In this document: piece by piece, positions 26,654-39,014 of the stretch
Layout: each line of letters opens with the position of its first letter
Position numbering within the stretch: position 1 is the first letter of the stretch
From: Octopus sinensis
Taxonomy: Eukaryota
Direction of reading: 5' to 3'
Length of the DNA: 64,000 nucleotides
Assembly (NCBI RefSeq): GCF_006345805.1
Contig: NC_042998.1
Coordinates: forward strand, 89,404,001-89,468,000
Position numbers and translations under genes: made by a program
Notes under the pieces: generated by a model
Database searches by the model: none
Told to the model about the DNA's origin: nothing
The model's input: only the letters and a program-made list of their open reading frames with translations

Positions 26654-26989
26654 TAGGTGCAGGCGTGGCTGTGTAATGAGAACTTTGCTTCTCAACCACA
26701 TCGATCCACTGAGTGTCACTTTTGGTAAGTATCTTCTAGTATAGACCCGAGGTTTGATAAACGGAAACTGAAAGAAGCCCATATATATAAATGTGTGTGT
26801 GTTTACACACGCCAGCCTGGCTATCGGTGTTCGTTTGTTTACACCCTCGTAACCTAGAGGTTCTACAAAGAGGACCGATAAAATGAGTACCAGGCTTTAA
26901 AAAGAACAAAACTAAGTACGAGAGTCAATTCCTTCGACAAAAATTCGTCAAGGCCTTGCCCTAGCATGGCCGCAGTATAATGACTGAAA

Positions 26990-26994
<5 letters not shown>
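26654..26994 (+). mobile_element. Bipartite SINE (family S3)
   Basis: Head TAGGTGCAGGCGTGGCTGTG..ACGGAAACTGAAAGAAGCCC, (TA)/(TG) spacer, tail ..GACCGATAAAATGAGTACCAGGC..GCATGGCCGCAG..TGACTGAAACAAG. Confidence 0.72.
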
Positions 26995-27028
<34 letters not shown>

Positions 27029-27961
27029 ACTTTATATTTGAGTATGTAATTTGTAATATGTCGTTTAAAAGCCCTTTACTGTATTCGGCTACCTGACAAC
27101 ATCAACAATATGGATATAAGTGCCACTCGATTTACTTAAGGCATTCCTTCGTGTTGTAGAGTCCATAAGATGTGTAATTAAGGGTAAAAATTAGAATTTA
27201 CGAGATTGTTTATTAATTACTACGATCATTTCTACCTATTGTGCATCGGCCCCTCGCGGGTGAGATGCAATACAAAATAGTCGTGGTGCATCATTCAGTG
27301 AAGACGTGCCTCGTGAGGTGTCTTGCCAAAAGTCATTTCGTTCTTTAATCTCCATTTTGCTTATCTTTATTTGAATACTTTCTGGTATTTGCCTGTAGCT
27401 ACTCACATATGGGTGAAAGCTGAAGTTAAAATGAACAACACTTCTGTTATAGGTAATACATTGACTTACAAAGAATTCAAATATAAAATAAGTATAAAAT
27501 GAATAACTGAAACAAAAAATATGCTTTACACTGATAATAGAATACGTTAAATAGAATCATAACAATAAAAGATGGATGGAAGAAAAACAAAACACAAAAT
27601 CACAATTGGACATTCAAACTGACCCTAAGCGTCTATTGTATTTTACGAGAAAAAACTCCAGATTATATGTGTATATACACAGACACACGCCCGTACATAG
27701 ATACACATATTTTCGCCTCCAGCTCACCAGCGAATGTGTGTGTCCACGCACAAATGCCTCAGGCACCAGACTTTACTAATTTACTATTGTTATCTAGCCA
27801 CTCAAGTTGATGTATGATTTGATATCAACGGATTTATACATCCACGAATACCGACTCCGGCGCGTATAAACGTGTACATATACCTACACAAATAAACAGG
27901 TGCACATACATACACGCACATACACACACACATATACAAATACGTATACACGCACACACAC

Positions 27962-28000
<39 letters not shown>

Positions 28001-28004
28001 TATG

Positions 28005-28136
<132 letters not shown>

Positions 28137-28140
28137 TATA

Positions 28141-28415
28141 TTTAATTAGATACAAAACCACTATTAGGCAACTAGAATTTTGAATCAAAATTCTAGTTCA
28201 TTGTTTAAAACTCGCCAAGAAAAATTTTTAACCACCTGATGAATGACTGCGACTCAAAAATTTGAAGACAGCAGGCAGGAAACGATCGTAGTGGGATATT
28301 AATTATATTTTTTAATAATTTTGTTACATATTTAAATAATATAAATTAATCATATGTATTGGCTTAAGTCTTTCATTGTTTGATTTGCCTAATAGTGGTT
28401 TTGTCTCTAATTAAA
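28141..28415 (+). mobile_element. Inverted-repeat cassette (probable Penelope terminal-repeat derivative) inside (TA)n
   Basis: 31-bp inverted repeats 28141-28171 and 28385-28415 (1 mismatch); internal hammerhead motif; (TA)n on both flanks. Confidence 0.65.
28232..28294 (+). ncRNA. Minimal type I hammerhead ribozyme motif
   Basis: CCAC-CTGATGA-A-TGACTGC..GCAGGCA-G-GAAA-C-GATC-GTA-GTGG: core intact, stem I CCAC/GTGG, stem II 6 of 8 pairs, palindromic stem III ACGATCGT, predicted cleavage after GUA (28290). Confidence 0.65.
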
Positions 28416-28502
28416 TATAATATAATATTTTACTATAAAATTGGATTCAATCCTAAATCTGATTTTTCCCTGTAAGTTTGGATTTATTCCCTAATATTTA
28501 TT

Positions 28503-28552
<50 letters not shown>

Positions 28553-29383
28553 TACAATAAGTTACAATTTCAATATCATAGTATGCAGTTGACTCAAACA
28601 ATAAGGACATAGTCCATACATATGCATTCATTAATTAATCAACTAATTACCGCTATTAAATTGCGAAAAAAATTTAAACTTGTCTAAACTTGTCTAAACT
28701 TGTCTAAACTTGTCTAAGCTTTCTCCAGACAAATACCAGAATGTATTCAAATAGAAACAAGTGAAACAAAGAGTAAAGAATGAAGTACTTTTTGACAGGT
28801 CATCTGTCGAGGTACGTAGTACCGAGTGATGCACCATGACCACTTGTACAGCGTCTCACCCGCAAGGAATCGATGCACGAAGGGTCGAAATGATCGTAGT
28901 GATTAATAAAGAATCTTGTAAATTCCATTTCCTTTCTCTCTATCTCATATCTCATGCGTGTGTGTGTTTGTGTGTGTGCGCGTGTGTGTGTGTGGGCGTT
29001 TGTGTGTGTGTGTTTGTGTGTGTGCGTATGTGTGTGTGTGTGTGTGTTTATAGACATACATAAACCTTATCGACCACATATACGTAAGAATAAATTCAAA
29101 TATGATTATCGGAGCATATCAGGTACATGATGTCGATAAGCCACAAAAATGGTGAAACATCGATGTCCAACACTCCTGAATAGGATTTGGGGTGAGTTGT
29201 CTCCCCTGTCCATGACTTTCAGGTGTTTTAACACCGGAATATTCTCCACCACGCTAAACTGCAGTCTATTGGCAAATGCACAACACTGTATATTCAATAA
29301 TGCTTATCACATTAGCGCTGCTTCTATCTCATATTTGAACACACACACACAGTTGTGTGTGTGTGTATAAATATATATATATA

Positions 29384-30075
29384 TGGTCGTCCTAACTGTG
29401 GAACATGCCTCCACCTTTTGGAGGGTTCAGAATTCCACTTCGAACAAGGACAAATATTTAAGATCAAATCAAATTTCACTTGCGCCTCGGAAAATCTAAG
29501 CTATGCCATGATATGCTTAGGATGTGGTAACCACTATGTTGGACAAACAGGAATATCACTACGTCGAAGAACCACCATCCACAAAGAACAAGTCCGCCAC
29601 CCACAATACATACAGTTACAGGTTAATGAACACATAGAAAGGTGTCCCAGGAATCTTAATCCGAATTTCAAAATCTTCCCCTTCTATCAATGTTCACAGA
29701 GACAATTTTCATCAATAAATATCTTCCCCAACTAAATAAGAACACGCAACTTATACAGAACACCACTAACCCTTCAATTAACACCACTAACCCCTATACA
29801 CTCCTTACACCATTCATATTACAATTCTATATCTAACCTAACTGCACAAAATCCAGAACTACTAACCTCCCTTACAAGTAATCATTTTACTCAGGAACTA
29901 TTAGACCTGACAGCGTTCATTAGCCGGTGTTTATTCAAAGCAATGAATAGCTTATGACGAAACCATGGTATGCTTTCTGACTCTTTAATTCTCTCATAAT
30001 AAAGACTTTTGTGACTGTTATTACTACCTCAGTCCATCTAAATGTATAAATCTGTCGTTACCTTCATAAAAAGCC
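29384..30075 (+). mobile_element. Penelope-like element 3' fragment, GIY-YIG endonuclease (Neptune-like Cys linker)
   Basis: CGTC..FTCASENLSYAMICLGCGNHYVGQTGISLRRRTTIHK; begins right after a (TA)n tract; decayed hammerhead-like motif at 29907-29970. Confidence 0.82.
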
Positions 30076-30202
30076 TTTTCCTTTTTTTATTTACAATGTG
30101 CATTTTCGTTGATTTTTCTTATTTTCCCCTTACATTTCCATGTGTATTTTCTATTTTCTTTTTGTAACATTTTTCTACTATATATATATATATTATATAT
30201 AT

Positions 30203-30244
<42 letters not shown>

Positions 30245-30269
30245 ATATATATAATATATATATATATAA

Positions 30270-30610
30270 TTTCAACAATTGAGGGTAAAATTAATTAATT
30301 AATCAATTTCACCAAGTATTCAGTATGCAAAGGGACCATTTAAGGCGAATTCAATTATTACATTATATAAAAGGGCTTAGTAAAATAAATTACTTTGCCG
30401 CATACTGAACTCATTAGAAATAGCAGCTAAAAAAACTTTTATAAAACTATTTCTAATACTTAAAGAAAACCTCTCTCATGAGCAAACACTATATGAGAGA
30501 GGTTTTCTTTAAGTATTAGAAATAGTTTTATAAAAGTTTTTTTAGCTGCTATTTCTAATGAGTTCAGTATGCGGCAAAGTAATTTATTTTACTAAGCCCT
30601 TTTATATAAT
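30270..30610. repeat. Perfect 118-bp-arm palindrome within a (TA)n-flanked repeat cassette
   Basis: Arms 30362-30479 and 30493-30610 are exact reverse complements with a 13-nt spacer GAGCAAACACTAT. Confidence 0.95.
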
Positions 30611-30842
30611 ATATATATATATATATGTATGTATACACATACGTACATATATATATAATGTACCACATTATTCAGACTTACAGAATTTACCCACATTATA
30701 GCTGTTACTGACAGTGCTGCTGTTGTTGTTGTAGTCAGTTGTGTTTGTGTTTTTTGCTCAACGTAGAGCATCGTTGACTGTCGATTCAGGATAACCCATG
30801 ATAGGAAGAAGAATTGCACTCTCCTCAGCAGCAGCAGGAACA

Positions 30843-30968
30843 GAAGAAGAAGAAGAAGAAGAAGAAGAAGAAGAAGAAAAGAAGAAGAAGAAAAGAAGAA
30901 GAAGAAGAAGAAGAAGAAGAAGAAGAAGAAGAAGAAGAAGAAGAAGAAGAAGAGAAGAAGAAGAAGAA
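30843..30968. repeat. (GAA)n microsatellite, about 40 units
   Basis: Direct reading. Confidence 0.97.
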
Positions 30969-31321
30969 TCGGCAGCAGAAGCAGCTATAGCTGTAGGAGA
31001 ATGTTATTGACCCTAATTCCATTAGCATCAGCCTCAAGATAAAATATACTTTTTACAACTAAGCGTATGATGTGAGACGGTATTTGCTCCGATACTGGTT
31101 CTATGCTTCGTTCTAAAAGATACGATATGATTCTTCTTAATAATTGTTCTTAATAATTATATCTATAGAAAGCATAATAATTTTTAAATGCACCGAATTG
31201 AATAATTACGTGTGCAAATTAGGATTTATAAAAATAGAAAATAAACACAATAAGTGTAGATTCCTTATGAGCTGATATAAAAATCATTTCTCAATAGCAA
31301 ATAACTAAATGAATGAATGAA

Positions 31322-31366
<45 letters not shown>

Positions 31367-32091
31367 GAAAGATAGCAAATATATTGATAAACCGTACTGA
31401 ATACACTTAGCAATGTTCAGACCAATAGGACAATTATTTCAAGATTCACTGCGTTTATGGGCTTGTAATTGTTTCCCGTTTCTAATATGTTAAGTTGATG
31501 GGAGATCAATTACCTCATCACGAGGTATAAATCCATCTTAGATAGTTTTCCCAGACGTTGACTTTGTTATGTGTTCCGACAACTTGATGAATACAGTATC
31601 TCTTAACCAAGGACATTAACCAACCATGGACTTTGAAACCAAAACCTTGTAAAAGTACTCCAATACTCTATTTTCCGCCAGTTCTTGTTACTTGAAACAA
31701 ATTGCTGGTATAAAGTTCTTTGCTTCATTAGGCAACCATTAACTTAGTAGCATGTTGGAGTAAGGATACTTTTGCGAGGAGCAGGGTATGTGGCAAAATT
31801 TCCATTATCGTTGTTTTAGTCATATTACATTTTATTGCAAATCATTGCTTAGCACTTTAAATTTAAGGTCCTTTATCCATGTGAAAAATCAAGTTTGTTG
31901 TAAAGATGGGTTGGATTTCACATTAATCACATATGACAGCGCATCTTTTTTTTTTTTAATGTTCAGTAAAAATAAGACATTTTATTAACTACATGAACCG
32001 TTAACTTAAGTTTGATTGAAAAAAGAATATAAATTCTATTTACAGAACCTACTTAATAACTGTGTCAGCATCTTGTGTGTGGTGTGATGTG

Positions 32092-32122
<31 letters not shown>

Positions 32123-32683
32123 TACGAGCACATGTGTATTTATCTGTGTATGGTTTAAACTGTATTTTGCTTTCTTTTACTTATTTCTAGCCGATTATAA
32201 TAGGTTGAGGTACAGAGTATTAATTTTCTTCATATAATCATTTTCTTATATTAATACTTGATATAAAAAGACGTTGCTTCATGACCGATAAATGTATATA
32301 ATTAATGCGAATGCATCCTTTACCGCAAACGGAAGCCAAATCTTCCCAAAAGTTTCTAACGTTCTATAGTATTATATATAGACTGGGGTTGCAATTATAA
32401 CAAATACCTATTCATATTTCCAACTTTAATTCTATAGTAGTTGTAAAGCAAGAAACATGACAAGATTAAATCTTTAATATTATTGTCTCCCACATTGTTA
32501 TAGTTAATATCATTTTCAATGAATTCTTAAACTGTCAAGCGTTGACAGAAGATGACTCAAAGATAGGTGATCTGTTGGTTTATTTCTGTAGCATTGTATT
32601 AAGAACAGCGTCGGAACCCATTAGATCATTGGTATGCTACTGAAAACTATATGTTCATATAATTATTCTGGTGAGAATGTTGG

Positions 32684-32710
32684 ATTTATTTTTGCCTTCC
32701 CCAGGTACGT
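32684..32710 (+). other. Juxtaposed 3'/5' splice signals (candidate recursive splice site)
   Basis: ATTTATTTTTGCCTTCCCCAG|GTACGT. Confidence 0.3.
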
Positions 32711-33746
32711 TGAAGTATTTGGGTACAATTGTGGAGAGTTAATTACTCTTGCCCCTAATGCTTATCTATTGAATGGTCATTTTATTCCTGTATTGTACGG
32801 ACTTTATAGATAATAGAGTGGATTCAGTGAGGGCTACATTGGTTTACTATATGTTCTTGTGTGAATAAAAAATGATACTTATTCAAACCGCCTGTGAAAC
32901 TATGGATAATTCAGAGAATCCCCTTTTTTTTCTTTTTTCCTTCTCTCTTTCTTTCTTTCTTTCTTTCTTTCTTCTTTCTTTCTTTCTTTTCTTTCTTTTT
33001 TTTGACATCAGTGGAATATCCCAAAAGTGGTTCGAAGTCCCAACTAAAGGGTAGCCAACATATTTTGCAACAAAGCAACAAATTGTATTGAGAACAATTA
33101 ATGAAATAAAATACATATTTCATTTTTGTCATTTGATATTTACACGAAATGACTTATTTTTTACTATTTTCTGTAAAATGTAAGTTTATTTAGTAAAGTT
33201 TATTGCAAGTTTACTTATCGTAACTTAAACTGTAAGTTTACTTACCGTCAGCCTATTGTCAGTTTATTTATTGGCTTCAGATGTGTAGGAGGGAGGAAAT
33301 AGTAATGGCCACACCTTTTTCTCAATGGTTTCATTGATGTACTTGAGAGGAAATTACTAAAATGACGAACTGAAGATGAGGCGTCAATTGTCCTGAAAAG
33401 AGTTAAGAGCAGTTTTAATTAAGATCTTCAAGATCACTTAACCTAAAGTATGTCAATGTCGCGACTCCCAACTCCATGCCATTGGAAGTTATCTTCCTGA
33501 ATACATTTAAATAGCATCTTATCCTTTTATACATTGAAGAGACAATAACATCCTGACTCTGTTACTGAATGCTCACACATGGACCGCATTACTTATTAAA
33601 GCAATATACAAGTAATATTCAGTTGTTTATGTTACCTATTATTTTTGCAGTTCAAATTAAAGTTGATAAAAAAATTCTACAATTTACTGAATATTTCAGT
33701 GAACAATACTGGTCATATGTCTGAAATACATAAATACATACATACA

Positions 33747-33829
<83 letters not shown>

Positions 33830-33929
33830 GCGTGTGTGTGTGTATATATATATACACACACATATGTGTACAATCATATCTAATATGCTCGTATACACCC
33901 AAAAAGCAAGTTCTGTCGTTGCAGAAACA

Positions 33930-33978
33930 CTTGCGTAAACCTGCCTTCGTCTTTTGTCTATTTTCATAAAGCTTCCCG

Positions 33979-34017
<39 letters not shown>

Positions 34018-34201
34018 TATATAGGGATAGTTTACGAAAAAAAACAAAAGACGAAGACACGTGGTGTACAAAACAGATGTATTAGTATAACGCTCAGGGA
34101 TAGAAAAAGTATTTTACGTTTCGAGCCTACGCTCTTCTACAGAAAGGGACACAGAAAAAACAAGGAGAGAAACAAGGAGAGCAAAAAATGTGTGTAGTGG
34201 C

Positions 34202-34274
<73 letters not shown>

Positions 34275-34335
34275 ATATATATTATTTACATTATTTACAT
34301 TTGACGGATATTTGTCCTCATCTTGTTTCTTGTTA
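33930..34335 (-). mobile_element. Penelope-type terminal-repeat fragments around (TA)n tracts
   Basis: Inverted CCTTCGTCTTTTGT / ACAAAAGACGAAGAC around (TA)n; hammerhead-like CTGTAGA-A-GAGC-GTAG-GCTC-GAAACGTA on the - strand (34111-34146). Confidence 0.55.
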
Positions 34336-36071
34336 ACACAATGTTATTTTTTTGCCTACGTAAATAAGTGTGTTACTGTCTGGGAGATTCTTACAGTAGT
34401 ACAAAAGAAATTTTTCACTCCTATTTCTAAATTCGGTATGTGGTGAAGCAATTAGCTGACATCTAATTATAATTATGTTTATAATTATAGAATATTTGTA
34501 TAGTTTTACCTAAAAAGGTTATTTTAACGTACCAGTCTACTTGGTAAACTGATTAATTAATTAATTAATTTTACACTTTTATTATTAATATTGAAATTAT
34601 AATTTACTCCCTGATCGAAAACTGCAGTTTCTGCGGGATTGCTCGTAACATACACGTGGATACAAGGGATAAATATGTATTCACATTCGGCTGTGTAAAT
34701 TTTAGAAGTGTTGGTTGGTTATATGTTGTGCGGTGACGCTTGATTGTGTACATATTTAAGCCTAGCACTTTCAAATTTATAGTTGAAATGCTACACTGAT
34801 GATGACAAATAAGTAAGTAAATATACTTTAATCTCGAAACGCGTATGTGGCTAATCGGAGTCATGTGGATTCATTAGTTTTCGTTTTGCCTGCGCAAAAA
34901 AGTGTGTTAATGTCCGGGAGATACATACGGTAGTAGAAAAGGAATTTTTAACTCCTATTTCTAAATTCGGTATGTAGTGAAGCAATTAGATGACCCCTAA
35001 TTATAATTATGTCAAACTAATACATTTGCTTGTTCTTCATGCACCTGTCTTCGTCTTTTGTTTTTCTATAAATTTCAGCTGTGTGTGTCTGTGTGTTAGA
35101 GGGAAACGGGCAACAAAAACCAAGGCAGGACAAGTATCTCAAGTCATTTTGAATATTTAATTAGAGTAAGGTGAATTTGAGGTTATTAATTAATTAGTTA
35201 TTTAATTAATTATTGGATTCTTCCAACTGTTTCTGGGATATCCCAGGTGATAGGTTATTAAATATCCCGTCATCGGTTCTATGAAAGTTCTAAACAGGGA
35301 ATACACATTTTTTTAAAGGAATATAATAGTAGATAGAAGAATATAGAGTAAAACAGTAGATAGAAGAATTCAGACAGGAGTAAATGAGTGGGTAAGTTAG
35401 TGTAATTGGTCAGCATCCTTATCGCGACAAGAAGTGTGTGTTTAATTTCCCCGCTTACTTATCAATCTTGTTTTCCGTCGAGGGTTTAGACATGCTCCAA
35501 TATTAGACCATTTTCTAAGGCAAACGCTTATAAGCTTAAGCCTATAATTATATTTATGGAGTATATATATGTAAATACATATAGTCATGCAGACACACAT
35601 ATTTTTTTTAATTTACTCATTTAGCAAGTGACTTGATCTAATATCATGTTTTGGAACATAGACAATTCAATTTCATCATTTTGGAGTTTATATTGCACAT
35701 TAAATTATTCTCTTGCCTTAAATATTTTCTTGTTATTAATTTCCAAAATATGATACTACATTATTCTCAATTATACCAATATATTATACAGTTTGTGCTT
35801 CATTGTTACTTTATTTGTTGTTGTTGAGAAACAACATCTCTGATTAAAGGGGTTCTAACAGTGATCTTCCTGTATTTTGTATATCATGAACGACAATGTA
35901 TGTAGAATATATGTAGAATATATATATTCTTTCATTAAGGTGACAGGATACAATTTTGAGAAAATTTGGATGCTATTTCTTTTAGTTCGAGTGACCTTGC
36001 GTAGGCTTTAGCATTGATTTGTCTTCTTACTTTTATTACTTCTATCAAGTCCTTATAGGCCAAGGAATATT

Positions 36072-36444
36072 TTATTACCTACACCTAAGCGATTGCGAAG
36101 GTATTGCTTTTAGTTGTGTTTGTTTGTCTGTCTGTGGACAAGATATCTCAAGAACCGCTGGATGGATTCGAATGAAACTTCCAGGTATGTTTGGCCTTGT
36201 GACTGGCACGATCTGATTAGAGTTTGAGATCGACCCAGTACCGGACAAGGATTCTGGATTATTTTCCTGCTTTTTTTTTTTATTTAATTTTTGAGAGCGG
36301 TCGGGTTCATTTTTAGTATTCTTGTTTGTGAGAGCAGTCGAGTTTATTTCAGATATTCTCATTTTAAAAAGCACCTCTGGCTAATCGTTGAGATGACGTT
36401 GGTGTTGACTTAACGAAGGTTTGCACTCTCTGAGCGCTCTTGTT
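36072..36444 (+). mobile_element. HINE / DINE-1-like non-autonomous Helentron element
   Basis: Starts TTATTACCT, degenerate subterminal inverted repeat ending GAAGGT at both ends, (GTCT)-like microsatellite near the 5' end, 3' stem-loop GCACTC-TCT-GAGCGC then CTTGTT; T-rich flanks. Confidence 0.7.
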
Positions 36445-37409
36445 TGTATTATTTTTCTCTCTAGCTTTCCACTTCACTTCTGTAAAGCATTAACTTCTTT
36501 GCCTTTCTCTTTTAAAATTATGCATTCCATCCCCAATGATTTTATACTACTTCAATAATAACGTTGATAAAAATTTAGCATCGTGGCTTTATATTTTGCT
36601 TCTTGTTTTCATTTATTTGTGTATGTGTGTACATCGTTTTTGTTTACGTATTTTTTATTTTGTTGTTGATATTGTGATGTCTTGTCAACATTTACTCAGA
36701 GAAAAGCAAACATTTTATCCTTACAGAGTACTCACCTATCCAACATGATTCTCATGTTCTCTTACACATTAATACATACATCTTTATAGAGAGAGATCTG
36801 CTATAACTGTATGTCTGCATATACACACATACATACACAACTGCACATACATGAATTATATACATACATACATTTACGTATATTCCTCAAAAACAATTTG
36901 ATAGGTGAAAAACAGGATGGCATAAAAAATCCCGATGACCTCGCGAGATCATCTAAGGTTTGCAAAAACATTCCAGAATAACGGATGGATAGATAGACTG
37001 ATAAGTGCGTGATTAATCAGCATCTTACAATCCAAAAGCTTATCTGGTGAAGACAGATATTTGTACAGGCTACATACTAAAGTTGGAGTTGATTCACTGG
37101 CTGATAGACATCAAGTTCCACATCATTATTATATTTATCATTAATATTATACCCTAACACGTACTCAGCTTTTCAAGAATATTTTGTGTGCTTGTAGATA
37201 GTTATGTAGTTGGAATAAATGGAAATGGTTTTCTAAACAGGATTATAAAAAAACTGGTTTGATTAATATTATACAAAAGAAATTTATAAATGCGTTTGTA
37301 TGCACGTACATAAACAAACGTGCACAAAAAAACCTACACTCACACATATGCATGCAAAAATCTACAAACAGTTAAATGTATGCCTGTGGTTATGTACGTA
37401 TATATATAT

Positions 37410-37990
37410 GTGTTTGTTTTGATTGTGTGTGTTTTGTTGTTATTATTGCGTGGATCTTGATTTGGGTTAGTATTTTTATGGATTTAGGCCTTATTTTACT
37501 CTTTATGATGGTGTACGTTTGGAAAATTTGCTTCATCCTGGGGTCTTTCTTCAGTAATGGTATATTATGGAATATGATGTTATAGGTCACATCTGAGTGT
37601 TTTGAGGGCTGTTTAGGTTGAGATGTATGAAAAGACCTTCAATTTTGGTTCATTACTTAGTCTTGGTTTTCGAAATTCCTGGATACTAAATTTCTGAGCT
37701 CGTTGAATTCTGTATCGACTAAGAATGGTGGGTAATTTCTTTCCAGGCATGCATCCTTCAGTTCCTGGAGTCCTATGTCACGGATGATTGTATCAGATAC
37801 TATTGAACCAATCCTTTTGGCTGGGTTATAAGAGACATTCATTCTGGTATGTCTCGGATGAAATGAATTGAATGAACGATGCTGTTTGGACTCTGTGGGT
37901 TCAAACTAAATGTCCGTCTCTATTTGATTGTTGATTTTGTTTATAAGGATATGCAGTACTAAATTTACCATCGTTTAACATACTTAAAGG
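37410..37990 (-). mobile_element. Penelope-like RT thumb/linker remnant
   Basis: ETDI*FEPTESKQHRSFNSFHPRHTRMNVSYNPAKRIGSIVSD..LQELKDACLERNYP resembles the PLE TD(I/V)YYKPT..Y..S.HP..RRI..YP region. Confidence 0.7.
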
Positions 37991-38330
37991 GTGATGATAA
38001 TATTTGTCGTATATAGCATCCCCGTATAAAAATAATGCATTCCAAAAATATATACTTCACTGAAATATACATATTTAAAAACTCATGTTTATATATTTAT
38101 ATACGGCTACATATTTTTGCTAAATCAATGTTCTATATTTGTTTCTTTTAAAATGGATATATATGTGTGTACGTGGGTTGTGAATAGGGTACAGAGTTAG
38201 AAACCCTGCTGGTACACTGCCTATACTTATTTCCCCTTATAAAAAGTACCTTGTATTCGAGTAAAAAGAAACCCAGACAAAGATGTCTATGTGCGCATAT
38301 ATATATATGTGTGTGTGTTGACATGCTTAG

Positions 38331-38373
<43 letters not shown>

Positions 38374-39014
38374 TGTATACAAACACACACACACCACATT
38401 TCAAGAAAATCATGGTATTCATACGTCTTATTAATATCTTTTAATCATATATAGTTTTAATGTTTTGATATTTTCTGATCCGTTGAGGCGTCGTTGATAC
38501 GATCTTTCCAGAATAAATAAATATTTTCCCAGATGATATTGCTCCATGAAAGGACTAAGGGTAACTTAAAACTTCATTCTCAGCACAACTAAATAGCAAA
38601 CCTAAAGAAAAATATTCAGTGCACTAAATGGGTTCATGCCTAAGGGTGGAGTAGTGTTCTTTCATAAAAACAAATCTGATGGCACATGACACTGAGCGAC
38701 AGTCAATATTCAACAATGGTAACATCACCAAACAGAACAGAAAAAAAATAATTGGAGAATCAGCAATATAAAACTAAAATGTTTATGGTATGGAATTATA
38801 TTTTGGAAGGACTATAGGCACTAACCAAAAGAGTGAGCAATTCGGTGTATTATTTATATCCAGGAATTTGTCAACTTTCAAATTAAGATCATCATCAGAT
38901 TACTGATTATTGTTGTAAAGCTGGCAAGGTGAAGAAAAATTGGAGACTCCAAGGAAAGGAAATTAAAATGTCTTATATCTTATAAACATATCGAAAACTG
39001 ACTAAAACTGTCCC

